Program-made: the position numbers and the translations under genes
The notes under the pieces: generated by a model
What the model was told of the DNA's origin: nothing
Databases searched by the model: none
The model's input: the letters and a program-made list of their open reading frames with translations, nothing else
Assembly (NCBI GenBank): GCA_964436305.1
Contig: CAYTCI010000007.1
Span: 20,825-84,824 of the forward strand
From: an uncultured Cytophagia bacterium
GTDB lineage: Bacteria; Zhuqueibacterota; Zhuqueibacteria; Residuimicrobiales; Residuimicrobiaceae
Length of the DNA: 64,000 nucleotides
Direction of reading: 5' to 3'
In this document: one piece after another, positions 20,405 to 30,565 of the stretch
Layout: each line of letters starts with the position of its first letter
Numbering within the stretch: position 1 is the stretch's first letter

Positions 20405-22948
20405 GTGAAAAAGAAAAAAGTCGCACAGGAAAAAAACTGGATGCCGCCGCCAGCGGAAAAGGAGAACCTGCTCACCCGTCATCCCCTGGCTGCACTCCTG
20501 ATTCTCTCTTTCCTGCTCCTGCTCATTCTCTATAATCAGGTCATGCTGGCCGGAAAAACCTTCCAGATGCCCGATCAGCAAAGCGCGCGCGCCACAGCCC
20601 CCTTCATCAAGGAAGCCCTCTCCCGCGGGATCACACCCCTCTGGTGTCCCTATATCTTCGGCGGCATGCCCTCGTTCGGCTCCCTGCTCAGCGCACCCCA
20701 TGTGAACCGTCTGGATGAGTTCTTCATCGGCTTCTTCCGCCTGCTCTCCCTGCCGGATTTCACCTTCATTTTCTTCAATTACCTGCTCTTCGCGCTTTTT
20801 ATGTTCCTGCTGATGCGGGGCCTGGGGGTCGAGCCACTCCCGGCCTTCTTTTCCGGACTGGCAGTTATCTTCATCCCCCAGTTTGTCGCCTTCACCTCCT
20901 ATGGCCACAACACCAAATTCCTCGCAGCGGTGCTGATCCCGGTCATCCTCCTCTTCGCCAAAAAAATGATGGAGGAGAAAAACGGGCTGTGGTTCAGCCT
21001 GACCGCCCTCGCCATCGGTTTTCAGATGGTTCGGGCGCACATTCAGGTGAGCTACTACACCTTTATTCTGCTCGGCATCTATTTTCTCTATAAGGAGATC
21101 GCCGATTTCCGCCGCAGCCGTGAGATCCAGCCGATGCTGCGCTCGGCCGGGCTGCTCGCCGGCGCCATCGCCGCGGGCGTGCTGCTCTCGATGATTCTCT
21201 ATACCTCGGTGCTCGACTATCAGCGCTTTTCCATCCGCGGTGGCGGCGTCGAAGGCGGCGGGCTGGATTTTGACTATGCCGCCAACTGGTCCTTCCATCC
21301 GCTGGAGATGGTGACCTTTTTCATCCCCTCTTTCATGGGCTTTGGTGGTGCCACCTATTGGGGCAAAATGCCCTTCACCGATTATCCGCTCTATTTCAGC
21401 GTCGTCGTTTTCCTGCTAGCGGGGCTGGCGCTAACCCTGCGCCGCGATCGCACGACCTGGATCATGACGACCGTGGCCCTCTTTTCCCTGCTGGTTTCCT
21501 TCGGCAAACACTTCGGCGTGCTCTATACCCCGCTCTTCAAGATCCTGCCCTTCTTCAACAAGTTCCGCGTCCCCAGCATGATCCATATCATTCTGGATAT
21601 CAGCATGCTCGTCCTCGCCGGCATCGGCTTGCAAGCCCTCTTCGAGCTGCGCACCCAGCTGCCACAACTCAAGCCGCTGGAACGCGCCCGCCGGATCAAA
21701 TCACTGAAACGTTACCTCTACTCGTTTGCCGCCGTGGTGGTTATCCTCGGGCTGATGGTCCTGCTCGGCAAAGCCCTCTATATGGATATGGCCGGCAGCG
21801 GTGGCCACACCCTCAACGATGCCCAGCGCGGTGATGCCTACAGCAAAGCGGTTCTCGACAGTCTCAAATCGATTGCGCTGATTTCGGTCGTAATCGTGCT
21901 CATCCTCCAGTTCCTCAAGAACAGCCTCTCCCGAATGACGCTGGTCCTCTCCCTGTGCGCGCTGGTGGTCTTCGATCTGTGGGCGGTGGATGCCAAAATC
22001 ATCCAGCCCCAGGATAAATCGGATGAAAGGGCCTATTTTGCCGCGACGCCTGCGGTGCAGTATCTGCAGAACGACAAGGAGCTTTACCGCATCTTTCCGG
22101 TTCTGGATGACAAGAGCGGCAACTGGTACATGTACCACTTCATTCCCAACATCTCCGGCTATAGTGCCGCCAAGCTGCGCCTGTATCAGGATTTCCTCGA
22201 TGAAACCGGATTCGGTTCACAGGATCGCTACGGACTGAACAGCTTTGTCTCCAAGTACTGGCGTGTGGGGATGCAAGGCAATCGCTATGCCTGGATCGAT
22301 GTGCCGCCGCAGCAGATAGCGCCGGAACGGCTGGCCTTTGACTCGGCCATGCTGGATATGCTCAACGTCAAATACCTGGTTCAAATGGAATTGCCCTGCA
22401 ACGACCCGCGCTACCAGCCGGTGGGCGATCCCAAAACCATCCCGCTTTATCGCAATACAACGGTGCTGCCGCGCGCCTTTTTCGCCGATTCAGTCCGTGT
22501 CCTCAAGGGCCGAAAAAATATCTTCGACTATATGAAGAGCGGCCGTTTCGATCCGCGCCGGGTGGCCGTGATCGAGGAGAATCCGCCCTTTGGCGTGGCA
22601 GCCGCCGCCGGCAACCGGGCGGAGATCGTCAAATGTGACCTGCACGAGATCGGCATCTCCGCCAAGGTCAAAGCTCCGGCGATCCTGGTCCTCAGCGAGA
22701 TCTATTACCCGGCCGGCTGGAAAGCCTATGTGGACGGCAAGGAGAGCAAGATCTTCAAGACCAATTACCTGCTGCGCGGGCTCTTCCTTCCGGCCGGCGA
22801 CCATCAGATCCTCTTCAAATTCGCCCCCGCCTCGTACCTGGCCGGCGAGTGGATCACCGGAATCGTGCTGCTGCTGTTGCTAGGCCTCCTGGGGTACACG
22901 CTCTGGATGCTCTATCAGAAGCGCCGCAAGCCTTCGGCGACTGCCTGA
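20405..22948 (+). CDS. YfhO-family (GT-C fold) membrane protein
   Basis: LWCPYIFGGMP, many TM helices, WSFHP.E, KFRVP, LVLSEIYYPAGWKAYVDG, NYLLRG, H.I.FKF.P. Confidence 0.85.
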   Translation: MKKKKVAQEKNWMPPPAEKENLLTRHPLAALLILSFLLLLILYNQVMLAGKTFQMPDQQSARATAPFIKEALSRGITPLWCPYIFGGMPSFGSLLSAPHVNRLDEFFIGFFRLLSLPDFTFIFFNYLLFALFMFLLMRGLGVEPLPAFFSGLAVIFIPQFVAFTSYGHNTKFLAAVLIPVILLFAKKMMEEKNGLWFSLTALAIGFQMVRAHIQVSYYTFILLGIYFLYKEIADFRRSREIQPMLRSAGLLAGAIAAGVLLSMILYTSVLDYQRFSIRGGGVEGGGLDFDYAANWSFHPLEMVTFFIPSFMGFGGATYWGKMPFTDYPLYFSVVVFLLAGLALTLRRDRTTWIMTTVALFSLLVSFGKHFGVLYTPLFKILPFFNKFRVPSMIHIILDISMLVLAGIGLQALFELRTQLPQLKPLERARRIKSLKRYLYSFAAVVVILGLMVLLGKALYMDMAGSGGHTLNDAQRGDAYSKAVLDSLKSIALISVVIVLILQFLKNSLSRMTLVLSLCALVVFDLWAVDAKIIQPQDKSDERAYFAATPAVQYLQNDKELYRIFPVLDDKSGNWYMYHFIPNISGYSAAKLRLYQDFLDETGFGSQDRYGLNSFVSKYWRVGMQGNRYAWIDVPPQQIAPERLAFDSAMLDMLNVKYLVQMELPCNDPRYQPVGDPKTIPLYRNTTVLPRAFFADSVRVLKGRKNIFDYMKSGRFDPRRVAVIEENPPFGVAAAAGNRAEIVKCDLHEIGISAKVKAPAILVLSEIYYPAGWKAYVDGKESKIFKTNYLLRGLFLPAGDHQILFKFAPASYLAGEWITGIVLLLLLGLLGYTLWMLYQKRRKPSATA

Positions 22949-22952
22949 TCTC

Positions 22953-22981
22953 AAGGGTGGGCCTTTCGCCCACCCTTTTTT
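22953..22981 (+). terminator. Rho-independent terminator
   Basis: AAGGGTGGGC-ctttc-GCCCACCCTT followed by a T run. Confidence 0.8.
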
Positions 22982-22995
22982 GATAGAAAGGGTCT

Positions 22996-24189
22996 ATGTC
23001 TTTCCGTAAAACGCTCTACATGTCCTCGGGCACCCTGCGCTACCTCTTTGTCATCGTGGTCATCCTGTGCATCGCCGGGATCAATTTTTACGTCCAGGGG
23101 CTGGTCAAGGATCTGCGCAAGCAATCCCGCGATATTGCAGAATTCTACGCCCTTACCTACCAGCGTCTGGCGGTTGCCGCCGACCAGCCGGAGGTGCTCG
23201 ACTGGCTTTTTGTCAACATCATCAGCCGCGCCACCTTTCCTCTCGTCCTGACCGACCGTCAGGGCAATCCCAGCTCCTGGCAGGGACTGGCGGTACCGGA
23301 CACGGCCCGCTCACCGGAGGCCCTCAAGCAGGTGCGCAAGGTCCTCGCCAAGATGCGCGAAGAGAATGACCCCATTCCCATCACCTACAACCAGATCGTC
23401 CTCAGTTATCTCTATTTCGGCGATTCGGTCCTGATCAGCCGCCTGCAATATCTGCCCTGGGTCACCCTGAGTGGTATCGGCCTGCTGGTGCTGGCCGCCT
23501 TTCTCAGCTTCGGCAGCATCAAGAGCAGCGAACAGCGCTTCATCTGGGTGGGGATGGCCAAGGAGACCGCTCACCAGCTGGGCACTCCCATCTCCTCGTT
23601 GATGGGCTGGCTCGAGCTGCTCAGGATGCCCCGTCTCGATGACGCCCAGCGCGAGCAGACCCTGACCGACATGGAGACCGATATCAAGCGTCTGGAAAAG
23701 ATCGCCGCCCGTTTCTCCCATATCGGCTCTGAGGCCTTGCTCGATCCCCAGGAGGTCCAGCCTATCCTCCATGACGTCTGTGAGTATCTGCGCAAACGCC
23801 TCCCCCAAACCGGCAATCAGATTCAATTGATCGAGCGCTATGGGGCGTGCAAACCCGTTCCCCTCAATCGCGAGCTCTTCGAGTGGGCGGTCGAGAATCT
23901 GGTGAAAAACGCCATCGATGCCGTCAAGGGCAAGAAGGGGATCATCGAAATTGCCACCATGCCGCTCAATGGCAGGAACCGTGTCATCATCGACATCCGC
24001 GACAACGGTGCCGGCATCACTGCCAAGCGGCGTAACGACATTTTCAAGGCGGGCTACAGTACGAAGAAACGCGGCTGGGGTCTGGGGCTGAACTTCGCCA
24101 AGCGGATCGTCGAGGAGTATCATCACGGCCGGCTGGTGATCAAGGAGAGCCACATCGGCAAGGGGACGACCATGCGGATGATTCTATGA
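22996..24189 (+). CDS. Membrane sensor histidine kinase
   Basis: Two TM; H-box ETAHQLGTP, N-box NLVKNA, G1 DNGAGI, G2 GWGLGL. Confidence 0.92.
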   Translation: MSFRKTLYMSSGTLRYLFVIVVILCIAGINFYVQGLVKDLRKQSRDIAEFYALTYQRLAVAADQPEVLDWLFVNIISRATFPLVLTDRQGNPSSWQGLAVPDTARSPEALKQVRKVLAKMREENDPIPITYNQIVLSYLYFGDSVLISRLQYLPWVTLSGIGLLVLAAFLSFGSIKSSEQRFIWVGMAKETAHQLGTPISSLMGWLELLRMPRLDDAQREQTLTDMETDIKRLEKIAARFSHIGSEALLDPQEVQPILHDVCEYLRKRLPQTGNQIQLIERYGACKPVPLNRELFEWAVENLVKNAIDAVKGKKGIIEIATMPLNGRNRVIIDIRDNGAGITAKRRNDIFKAGYSTKKRGWGLGLNFAKRIVEEYHHGRLVIKESHIGKGTTMRMIL

Positions 24190-24941
24190 CGGAAAATCGC
24201 GAACCCCTGGCCGGGCGGACCGCCCTGGTGACCGGCAGCGCGCGCGGCCTCGGCGCGGGCATGGTGCGCGCCCTGGCGGACCAGGGCGCCGCGGTAGCAA
24301 TCCACTACCGCACCAGCCGGCAGGCAGCCGAAGCGCTGGCCGCCGAACTGCAGGCGCAGGGCAAGGCCGCAGTGACCTTGCAGGCCGATGTGACCCGATG
24401 GGAGGAGGTCTGCCAACTGCGCACGGCCCTGCTGGAACGCTTAGGCCACCTCGATATCCTGGTCAATAATGTGGGGGATTTTGTCGAAAAACCCTGGGGA
24501 TCTTTCACGCCGGCCGAGTGGGAGGCGATGATAGCGAGTAACCTCTCGAGCGTCTATCATACCTGTCAGGCATTTTGGCCGGGAATGGTGGCTCAGCAGT
24601 GGGGCCGGATCATCAATATCGGGCTGGCCAACAGCGACCGCATTCAGGCCTATCGCAACATCCTGCCCTATGCCATCGCCAAATCCGGGGTGCTCATCCT
24701 CAGCAAATCCCTCGCTGTGGAGGGCGCACCGTATCACATCACCGTCAATGTCCTGGCCCCTGGCCTGATGGACAACGGCACCCTCTGCCAGAACGCCCAT
24801 CAGCAGGCGGCGCAGCGGGTGCCCGCCGGACGCCCTGGCACCAGCGCCGATCTCGCCACCGCACTGACCTTTCTCTGCAGCGAGAGCGCCGGCTATATCA
24901 CCGGCGCACACATTCCCGTCAGCGGCGGCTGGGGCCTTTAG
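24186..24941 (+). CDS. SDR-family oxidoreductase
   Basis: TGSARGLG, LVNNVG, YAIAK, YITG..V.GG. Confidence 0.92.
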   Translation: MTENREPLAGRTALVTGSARGLGAGMVRALADQGAAVAIHYRTSRQAAEALAAELQAQGKAAVTLQADVTRWEEVCQLRTALLERLGHLDILVNNVGDFVEKPWGSFTPAEWEAMIASNLSSVYHTCQAFWPGMVAQQWGRIINIGLANSDRIQAYRNILPYAIAKSGVLILSKSLAVEGAPYHITVNVLAPGLMDNGTLCQNAHQQAAQRVPAGRPGTSADLATALTFLCSESAGYITGAHIPVSGGWGL

Positions 24942-25687
24942 TGCCGCACCTCCTCCGGCCGGCGGGGATATCGCCGCTCCCGTTCGGGGCTGCTCTCCCT
25001 TTTCGCCGGCGGCTGGACCGGCCGGCGGCCCGCAATCCGCAATCCCGTGCCATCCGCCAGCAGATCGTATCCCCCTGACCAGACCGGTTCGGCGCGCTCG
25101 CTGCGATACGAAATCACCTGCGCCCATCCAAGAATCCGGTTGAGCCCCTGCGCCGCTTGCCAGAGCACCTGACCGGTAGTGTTGACCAGCGGGACCGAGC
25201 TTACCTTGCGCATCACCCCCTCCTGACGGTCATACCCCTCGACGGCGGTCAAACGGAACATCGTCCGCAGTCCCACCTTGCCGAGAAAAGCTTTCCACTG
25301 CAGCACCTCACCCTGCAGCGCCCACCCGCTGCCCTTGACCTGGATGCTCCTGGCCGGCCCGGGCTTGCCCTTTTCGTAGGGGGTCACGGTCACGATAAAT
25401 CCGGTTGTTGAACCCAGCTTTTGAAATTCGACACGGGCCACCGGACCCGCACCGTGAAGTGGATGAAAATAATAGAGATAAATACTAAGATAGCCCAGCA
25501 GGAGCGTGGAGAGAAGAAGCAGCAGCATCGTCAGCCCCGGGAAAGAACGGGATCGGGTTTTTCGTGCCGGCGCCTTGCCGCCGCCTTTACCGCCAAGGAG
25601 AGTCAGCAGGATAAAAGCGGCAACCAGACAGCCCACGAGCAAAACCAGATAGACCCCATTCGAATCGGCGGGAAGCAGTTTGTTCAT
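24938..25687 (-). CDS. Hypothetical membrane protein (2 TM + soluble domain)
   Basis: Native codon usage; fits between TBDR-DUF4249 and the convergent SDR; W.L.G.VL.W...G..T.FRL..V.G motif. Confidence 0.6.
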   Translation of the reverse strand: MNKLLPADSNGVYLVLLVGCLVAAFILLTLLGGKGGGKAPARKTRSRSFPGLTMLLLLLSTLLLGYLSIYLYYFHPLHGAGPVARVEFQKLGSTTGFIVTVTPYEKGKPGPARSIQVKGSGWALQGEVLQWKAFLGKVGLRTMFRLTAVEGYDRQEGVMRKVSSVPLVNTTGQVLWQAAQGLNRILGWAQVISYRSERAEPVWSGGYDLLADGTGLRIAGRRPVQPPAKRESSPERERRYPRRPEEVRH

Positions 25688-25694
25688 CCTCTCC

Positions 25695-26417
25695 TCACTC
25701 GGCCAGGACAATCCGTTCATCGAAGGCAATGGCGCCGAAGACCCCGATCCCGCCCTGGATATGCCAAACCGGCTCCTCGTCGTCGCGCATGCGCATATAG
25801 TCATAATAGTTACGATCCAGTGCGGCCACCTTCAGGACATAGATATCGGGCTCGGCGAGATAAAAGGGATAGAATTCGATCGCTGTCGAGTCGCTCATCA
25901 GTTCGGCATTCCAGGCGTGCATATTGCCACGCACGCTCACGAGAAAATGCCCCTCTTCCTGGCCAGGCTCCCAGACGATCGGCAGGGAGGCGTAGGCTGC
26001 GACCACCTGATGGTCGGAGGGTGAGGTCACGCGGGGCGGCGCGGGCATGGTGCATTGCGCCTCCACCTGGCGGCCATCCTGCAGCCGGGCCGCGAGGGCA
26101 TAGGTCACGCCGGCCTGCAAGCGCAGTTCCTCCCCCTCGGCGGCATAGCGGCCTTCACCCCGGTCGGTATAGGCCACCTCCTGCCCCGGTCCACTGATCA
26201 CCACCTGTGCCCCCGCAATGCCCCGGTCCGCCGGCACCCGGTCCAGCGCGCGATAGCTCTCCTCCAGACGAATGACCGTCTGCCCGGAGTTATAGATCAG
26301 CAGCGCGAAGAGGTTGACCTCCGGCTTGTAGTTGAATTCATTGACATCCGGTCCGTTATTGCATGCAGCCAGCAGCAAGGCGGCCGCCAGGACCCCGATG
26401 GGCACTCTAGAAAGCAA
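25695..26417 (-). CDS. DUF4249-family lipoprotein
   Basis: Lipobox LLAAC; GA.V.I, Y.L......G, SNI/HI.GG.GVFG end; follows a TonB receptor as is typical. Confidence 0.75.
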   Translation of the reverse strand: MLSRVPIGVLAAALLLAACNNGPDVNEFNYKPEVNLFALLIYNSGQTVIRLEESYRALDRVPADRGIAGAQVVISGPGQEVAYTDRGEGRYAAEGEELRLQAGVTYALAARLQDGRQVEAQCTMPAPPRVTSPSDHQVVAAYASLPIVWEPGQEEGHFLVSVRGNMHAWNAELMSDSTAIEFYPFYLAEPDIYVLKVAALDRNYYDYMRMRDDEEPVWHIQGGIGVFGAIAFDERIVLAE

Positions 26418-28686
26418 AATCCACTCCCAGCGTCGGCAGCAAGGGGAACATCGAGACCGTCGTCAATCGCGAGGGATTGGCATCATGGTCCCAAAAATAA
26501 TAAAAGACATTCTTGTGGTTGTAGAGGTTGATCACCTGTAAATAGGGAGAAGCGGAGAGGCCGAAGAGGCGACCCTCCCGGCGCAGGCTGACATCCAGGC
26601 GGTGATAGAGCGGGAAGCGGGCGCTGTTCTTCGCCCCGGGACGATCCACCAGGTGGCCCTCAAGCGCATTCTGCGCGAGATTCCATTCGTATCGCACATA
26701 TTTGCCGGGTATGGGCGTGTAGGGCATCCCGGAACCGTACGAAAAAACCAGCCCCAGAGTCCACTTGCGGCCGAGACTCTGGTTGAGAACCACGTGAAAA
26801 GAGTGGCGGCGGTCATATTTGGGATAATAGCTCTTCTGCTGGCCCATCCGGCGTTTGGTGATGCCCCAGCTGTAACCCAGCCAGCCCTGCAGGGGTCCTT
26901 GCTGGCGCTTGAGCAGCAATTCCAGCCCGCGTGCGCTGCCCTCGGCGACAAAATAGTCGTCCGTCGGATCGGAGGCTATCCCCTTCTCGTTGAGATCAAG
27001 CAGGCCGCTGAAGGTTTTCACATAGCCCTCGAGCGTGAAGAGGAGATCGTGCGGCAGCCACCATTCCATCCCCGCCACATAGTGGTCAGCGGTCTGCGGC
27101 TTGTAGCTCTTGCTGATCGGCATCCACAGGTCCATCAGGGAAAAATTCTGTTCATCACTGGCGACGGTGGTGAGATACTGGGCGTAATGGCCGTAGGTGG
27201 CCTTGAGGGCCAGGTTGGCAGCAAGCTGGTACTGCATCCCCAGCCGCGGCGCCAGGCTCCAGCGGTCGCCCAGGGAATAATGCTCAAGCCGCACCCCGCT
27301 GTTGAGCTGGAGGCGTGGCCGGGGCTGCCAGTGGTCCTGCAAGTAGAATGCCTGCAGCGCCGGACGGGCTGTATAGGCAAGGAGCTGGTATTCGTCGATG
27401 GCGATGCCGTAGCGGAATTCGAGGCCGGAGGTGGCGAATCCCGCCTTGATGCCGTGCCCGTGGAGGCCAAAATAGTTGACATCCACCTTGGCGCTGTAGT
27501 CGTTGATGTGGTTGTTGAGGGCCAGTGCCGCGCTCCCACTGCTCTCGATGTTGGCATCGAGGTCATTGTCGAAGCGGCTGCGGGAGAGGATCGTTTCGCT
27601 GAACAGATCGGGGCGGATGATCCAGCGCCAGGTCAGGCTGGTCGTGCGATTGCCCCAGATCCAGTCAAGGTCGACATCCACCTCGGACTCGTCGTCTCCC
27701 TCTGCGGAGAAATCGAGCACATCGTCCCCGTAAAATCCGCTCAGTGTCAGGCGGTGACGCTGCGAAAGATCGAGGTTGATCTTGCCCTGGAAATCATAAA
27801 AATAGTAGGGAAAATCATAGCGGGTATGCTTGAAGACCTGATCGAAATAGGTCCGGCGGGCGGCAATCAGAAAGGAGCCGGCGGGAAGCGGCCCCTCGGC
27901 GAGGGCGCGGGCCGAGAGCAGGCTGATGCTGCCCGCACCCCGATAGTGTTTGCTGTCCCCCTCCCGGTTGGTGATGGCCAACACCGAGGAGAGACGACCG
28001 CCGTACTCCACCGGAAATCCCCCGCTGAGAAACTCCATCTCCTTGATCGCATCCACATTGAAGGTACTGAAGACCCCGCCCAAGTGGAAGGGATTGTAGA
28101 CGCTGACCCCGTCGAGGAGCACCAGATTCTGATCCGGGCTGCCGCCGCGGACATACAGCTGGCTGGAAAAATCGCTGCGGCTGACCACCCCTGGCAGCAA
28201 CTGCAGGGTCCGGAAGACATCGGCTTCAGCCAGCATCGGTACCAGCTGCAGTTGCCGCATCGTCAGCGAGGCGGTAGAGATGTGCACCTCCCGTTCGAAG
28301 CGCTCCCGCTGCGCCGTCCTGGTCACCTCACCCATCTCGATCATCCCCGGGGTCAGGGTGACCGCCAGCACCGTGTCGACCCCGGCGCGCAGCACCAGCT
28401 CACTTTGCCAGCGTTGATAGCCCAGCAGAGAAACCGTGCAGAGATAGCGGCCTTGCTCCAGGCGCGGGATGACAAAATAACCGCGCAGGGTGGTCAGCGC
28501 CCCCAGTTTCGTCCCGGCCAGAAAGACATTGGCATAGGGCAGAGGCTCGCCGTTGGTGGCATCCCGGACGAAACCGCTGATGGAGGCCAGGGTCTCGCCG
28601 GCAGCGGCTGTATTGCTCAAGCCGGGAGAAGCTGACAGCGCCACCAGCAGCAGGGCGGCGATGAGGGAGCGGAGAGAGCGATTCAT
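26407..28686 (-). CDS. TonB-dependent receptor with N-terminal carboxypeptidase-regulatory-like domain
   Basis: SGFVRDATNGEPLPYANV, DVFRTLQLLPGV, VRGGSPDQN, GGRLSSVL, RFPLYHRLD, terminal aromatic DFAF. Confidence 0.92.
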   Translation of the reverse strand: MNRSLRSLIAALLLVALSASPGLSNTAAAGETLASISGFVRDATNGEPLPYANVFLAGTKLGALTTLRGYFVIPRLEQGRYLCTVSLLGYQRWQSELVLRAGVDTVLAVTLTPGMIEMGEVTRTAQRERFEREVHISTASLTMRQLQLVPMLAEADVFRTLQLLPGVVSRSDFSSQLYVRGGSPDQNLVLLDGVSVYNPFHLGGVFSTFNVDAIKEMEFLSGGFPVEYGGRLSSVLAITNREGDSKHYRGAGSISLLSARALAEGPLPAGSFLIAARRTYFDQVFKHTRYDFPYYFYDFQGKINLDLSQRHRLTLSGFYGDDVLDFSAEGDDESEVDVDLDWIWGNRTTSLTWRWIIRPDLFSETILSRSRFDNDLDANIESSGSAALALNNHINDYSAKVDVNYFGLHGHGIKAGFATSGLEFRYGIAIDEYQLLAYTARPALQAFYLQDHWQPRPRLQLNSGVRLEHYSLGDRWSLAPRLGMQYQLAANLALKATYGHYAQYLTTVASDEQNFSLMDLWMPISKSYKPQTADHYVAGMEWWLPHDLLFTLEGYVKTFSGLLDLNEKGIASDPTDDYFVAEGSARGLELLLKRQQGPLQGWLGYSWGITKRRMGQQKSYYPKYDRRHSFHVVLNQSLGRKWTLGLVFSYGSGMPYTPIPGKYVRYEWNLAQNALEGHLVDRPGAKNSARFPLYHRLDVSLRREGRLFGLSASPYLQVINLYNHKNVFYYFWDHDANPSRLTTVSMFPLLPTLGVDFAF

Positions 28687-28709
28687 ACGTTGACCTGACG
28701 GCTGAATCC

Positions 28710-29483
28710 CTATTTTATGAGCTTCATGACATCCAGCGCCATGGTCACCGAACCCAGCTCGGCCCTGCTCTGTATCCGCACCGGGAGCCGCCGCTGGTCG
28801 GTGGTAAGCCAGATCCACATCTGGCCCTTGGGCTCGACGTTGGAACCTGGCTGCTTGCCGGGCACCAGGAGAAAGCATTCGAATTTACCCGCCGGGACCT
28901 TTACGCTCTCCTTTTTCTCGACGGTGAGGCGCAGGGGATAGACCTTTTTGTCCACATAACTGTTGAGATCAATGATCTTGCCGACCTCCAGATCGAGGGT
29001 CCGCACATAATAGATGATCGAAAGCAGGTCCTGGCTGTAGGCGGGAACCGTCAGGGTATCCTTGCCCTCAAAGGCGCGCTGGTTGAGGGGATCGAAGACC
29101 GCCTTGCGAAAGGCCTTGAACTTGCCTTCGCGCAGGGTGCGTTCGTAGCGCCAGGGGAAGAGGCCGCGGCAATCGAGCCAGCTTTTCATGAGATCGTCAA
29201 CGCGGTAAAATCCGGAGAAAAAATCATTGGTCCACAACCGAGAGGTGAGCAGGTAAATGGCGCGTCCATTCAGGCTGTCGGTGGTTGTCAGCGAGAGGGC
29301 GCCGCGACCGGCACTGATCTTGCCAAAGTGGACCGAATACTCGAGATATTCACCAACCGGCATCGCCTGGATGGCCAGTTCGCGCAGCTGCGGCCCGGGT
29401 TGCGCGGGAATCTCCTGTGCACGCGCCACCGCGAACACCCCCGCCAGGAGCAGCACTCCGGTTATCCCTTTCCAGCCTTGCAT
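28710..29483 (-). CDS. DUF3108-domain secreted protein
   Basis: GE.L.Y.VHFG.I.AG, QDLLSIIYY.R, VPAGKF, W.T.D.RR.PV.I. Confidence 0.8.
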   Translation of the reverse strand: MQGWKGITGVLLLAGVFAVARAQEIPAQPGPQLRELAIQAMPVGEYLEYSVHFGKISAGRGALSLTTTDSLNGRAIYLLTSRLWTNDFFSGFYRVDDLMKSWLDCRGLFPWRYERTLREGKFKAFRKAVFDPLNQRAFEGKDTLTVPAYSQDLLSIIYYVRTLDLEVGKIIDLNSYVDKKVYPLRLTVEKKESVKVPAGKFECFLLVPGKQPGSNVEPKGQMWIWLTTDQRRLPVRIQSRAELGSVTMALDVMKLIK

Positions 29484-29485
29484 GG

Positions 29486-30565
29486 TCACCCCTCCTCGAG
29501 CTCCTCTCTTTTGCCCAACTGATGCCTTACTTTGGCAAACACCGCATCGGGCGCGATTAATTCCATACATTCGCCCTGCGGGCAGCGTGTGCCGCTGCAG
29601 GCGGGGCACGGCGGCACTGGCGGCAGCAGGGCCGCATCGAGCTGCCCATAGGGGCCCCAGCGTTCCGGTGCACAGGCCTGCAGCGGGCAGTACAGGCCGA
29701 CGACCCGGCAGCCGACCGCCACCGCCATGTGCAAAGGACCGGTACTGTTGGCCACCATCACCCGTGCTTGCTCGAGCAGGGCGAGCAATTCCTTGATCTC
29801 GAGCTGGCCATCCAGCCGGACGGGCCGGGTTCGCATCCGCTGGACCAGTTCGTCGACGAGGGGGCGCTCTGCCGAAGTGCCGGTCAGCACCACCGTCAGG
29901 GCCAGCTCGTCCTGAATGCGGTCAGCCAGGGCGGCAAAGCCCGACAGCGGCCAGTCCCGCGCCGACCCGCCGCTGCCGGGGTGAAGAACGATAAAAGGGG
30001 TCTCAGGAGGCACACCCTGCAGTTGCAGCCGCTCCCGCAGCCGCTGCCGGGCGGAGTCGGGGATGGCCAGGCAGAAACGCACGGGTGCCAGATCGGCGCC
30101 GACGGCACGGGCCAGATCCAGATTGAGATCGAGTTCATGCCGCCCCGAGCCCTTGCGATGCTGATAGATCCGGTGGTTAAACAACGGGGCGTAGGCGCGG
30201 TATCCGGTGCCGACCCGGTGGCCGATGCCGGCCAGAAAGCAGAGCAGCGCCAGGCGCAGGGAGGGATGCAGGAGCAGGGCCATGTCGAATCGGCGGCGGC
30301 GCAGTTCCCCAAGCAGCCGGAAAAAGCCGGCCAATCCGGCGTGCCGCCCGGTGCGCTCCTCGGTCAGGAGCTCATCGAGGTGCGGATGGCCGCGCACCAG
30401 CTCGGCGGTATAGGGGCGCAACAACATGGCGATGTGGGCATGCGGGAAACGGTTGCGCAGGGCGGTAAGCACCGGCGTGGAGAGGACCACATCGCCGATC
30501 CGGTCGGTCCGCAGGACGAGGATCCGCTGTGGGGTAACGGGGGCAGACGGCTTGAGGGTGCTCAA
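29486..30565 (-). CDS. GT9 LPS heptosyltransferase-like protein
   Basis: RILVLRTDRIGDVVL, HPGSG..RDW, NSTGPLHMA.A; TTG start overlaps the tsaC stop. Confidence 0.9.
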   Translation of the reverse strand: MSTLKPSAPVTPQRILVLRTDRIGDVVLSTPVLTALRNRFPHAHIAMLLRPYTAELVRGHPHLDELLTEERTGRHAGLAGFFRLLGELRRRRFDMALLLHPSLRLALLCFLAGIGHRVGTGYRAYAPLFNHRIYQHRKGSGRHELDLNLDLARAVGADLAPVRFCLAIPDSARQRLRERLQLQGVPPETPFIVLHPGSGGSARDWPLSGFAALADRIQDELALTVVLTGTSAERPLVDELVQRMRTRPVRLDGQLEIKELLALLEQARVMVANSTGPLHMAVAVGCRVVGLYCPLQACAPERWGPYGQLDAALLPPVPPCPACSGTRCPQGECMELIAPDAVFAKVRHQLGKREELEEG

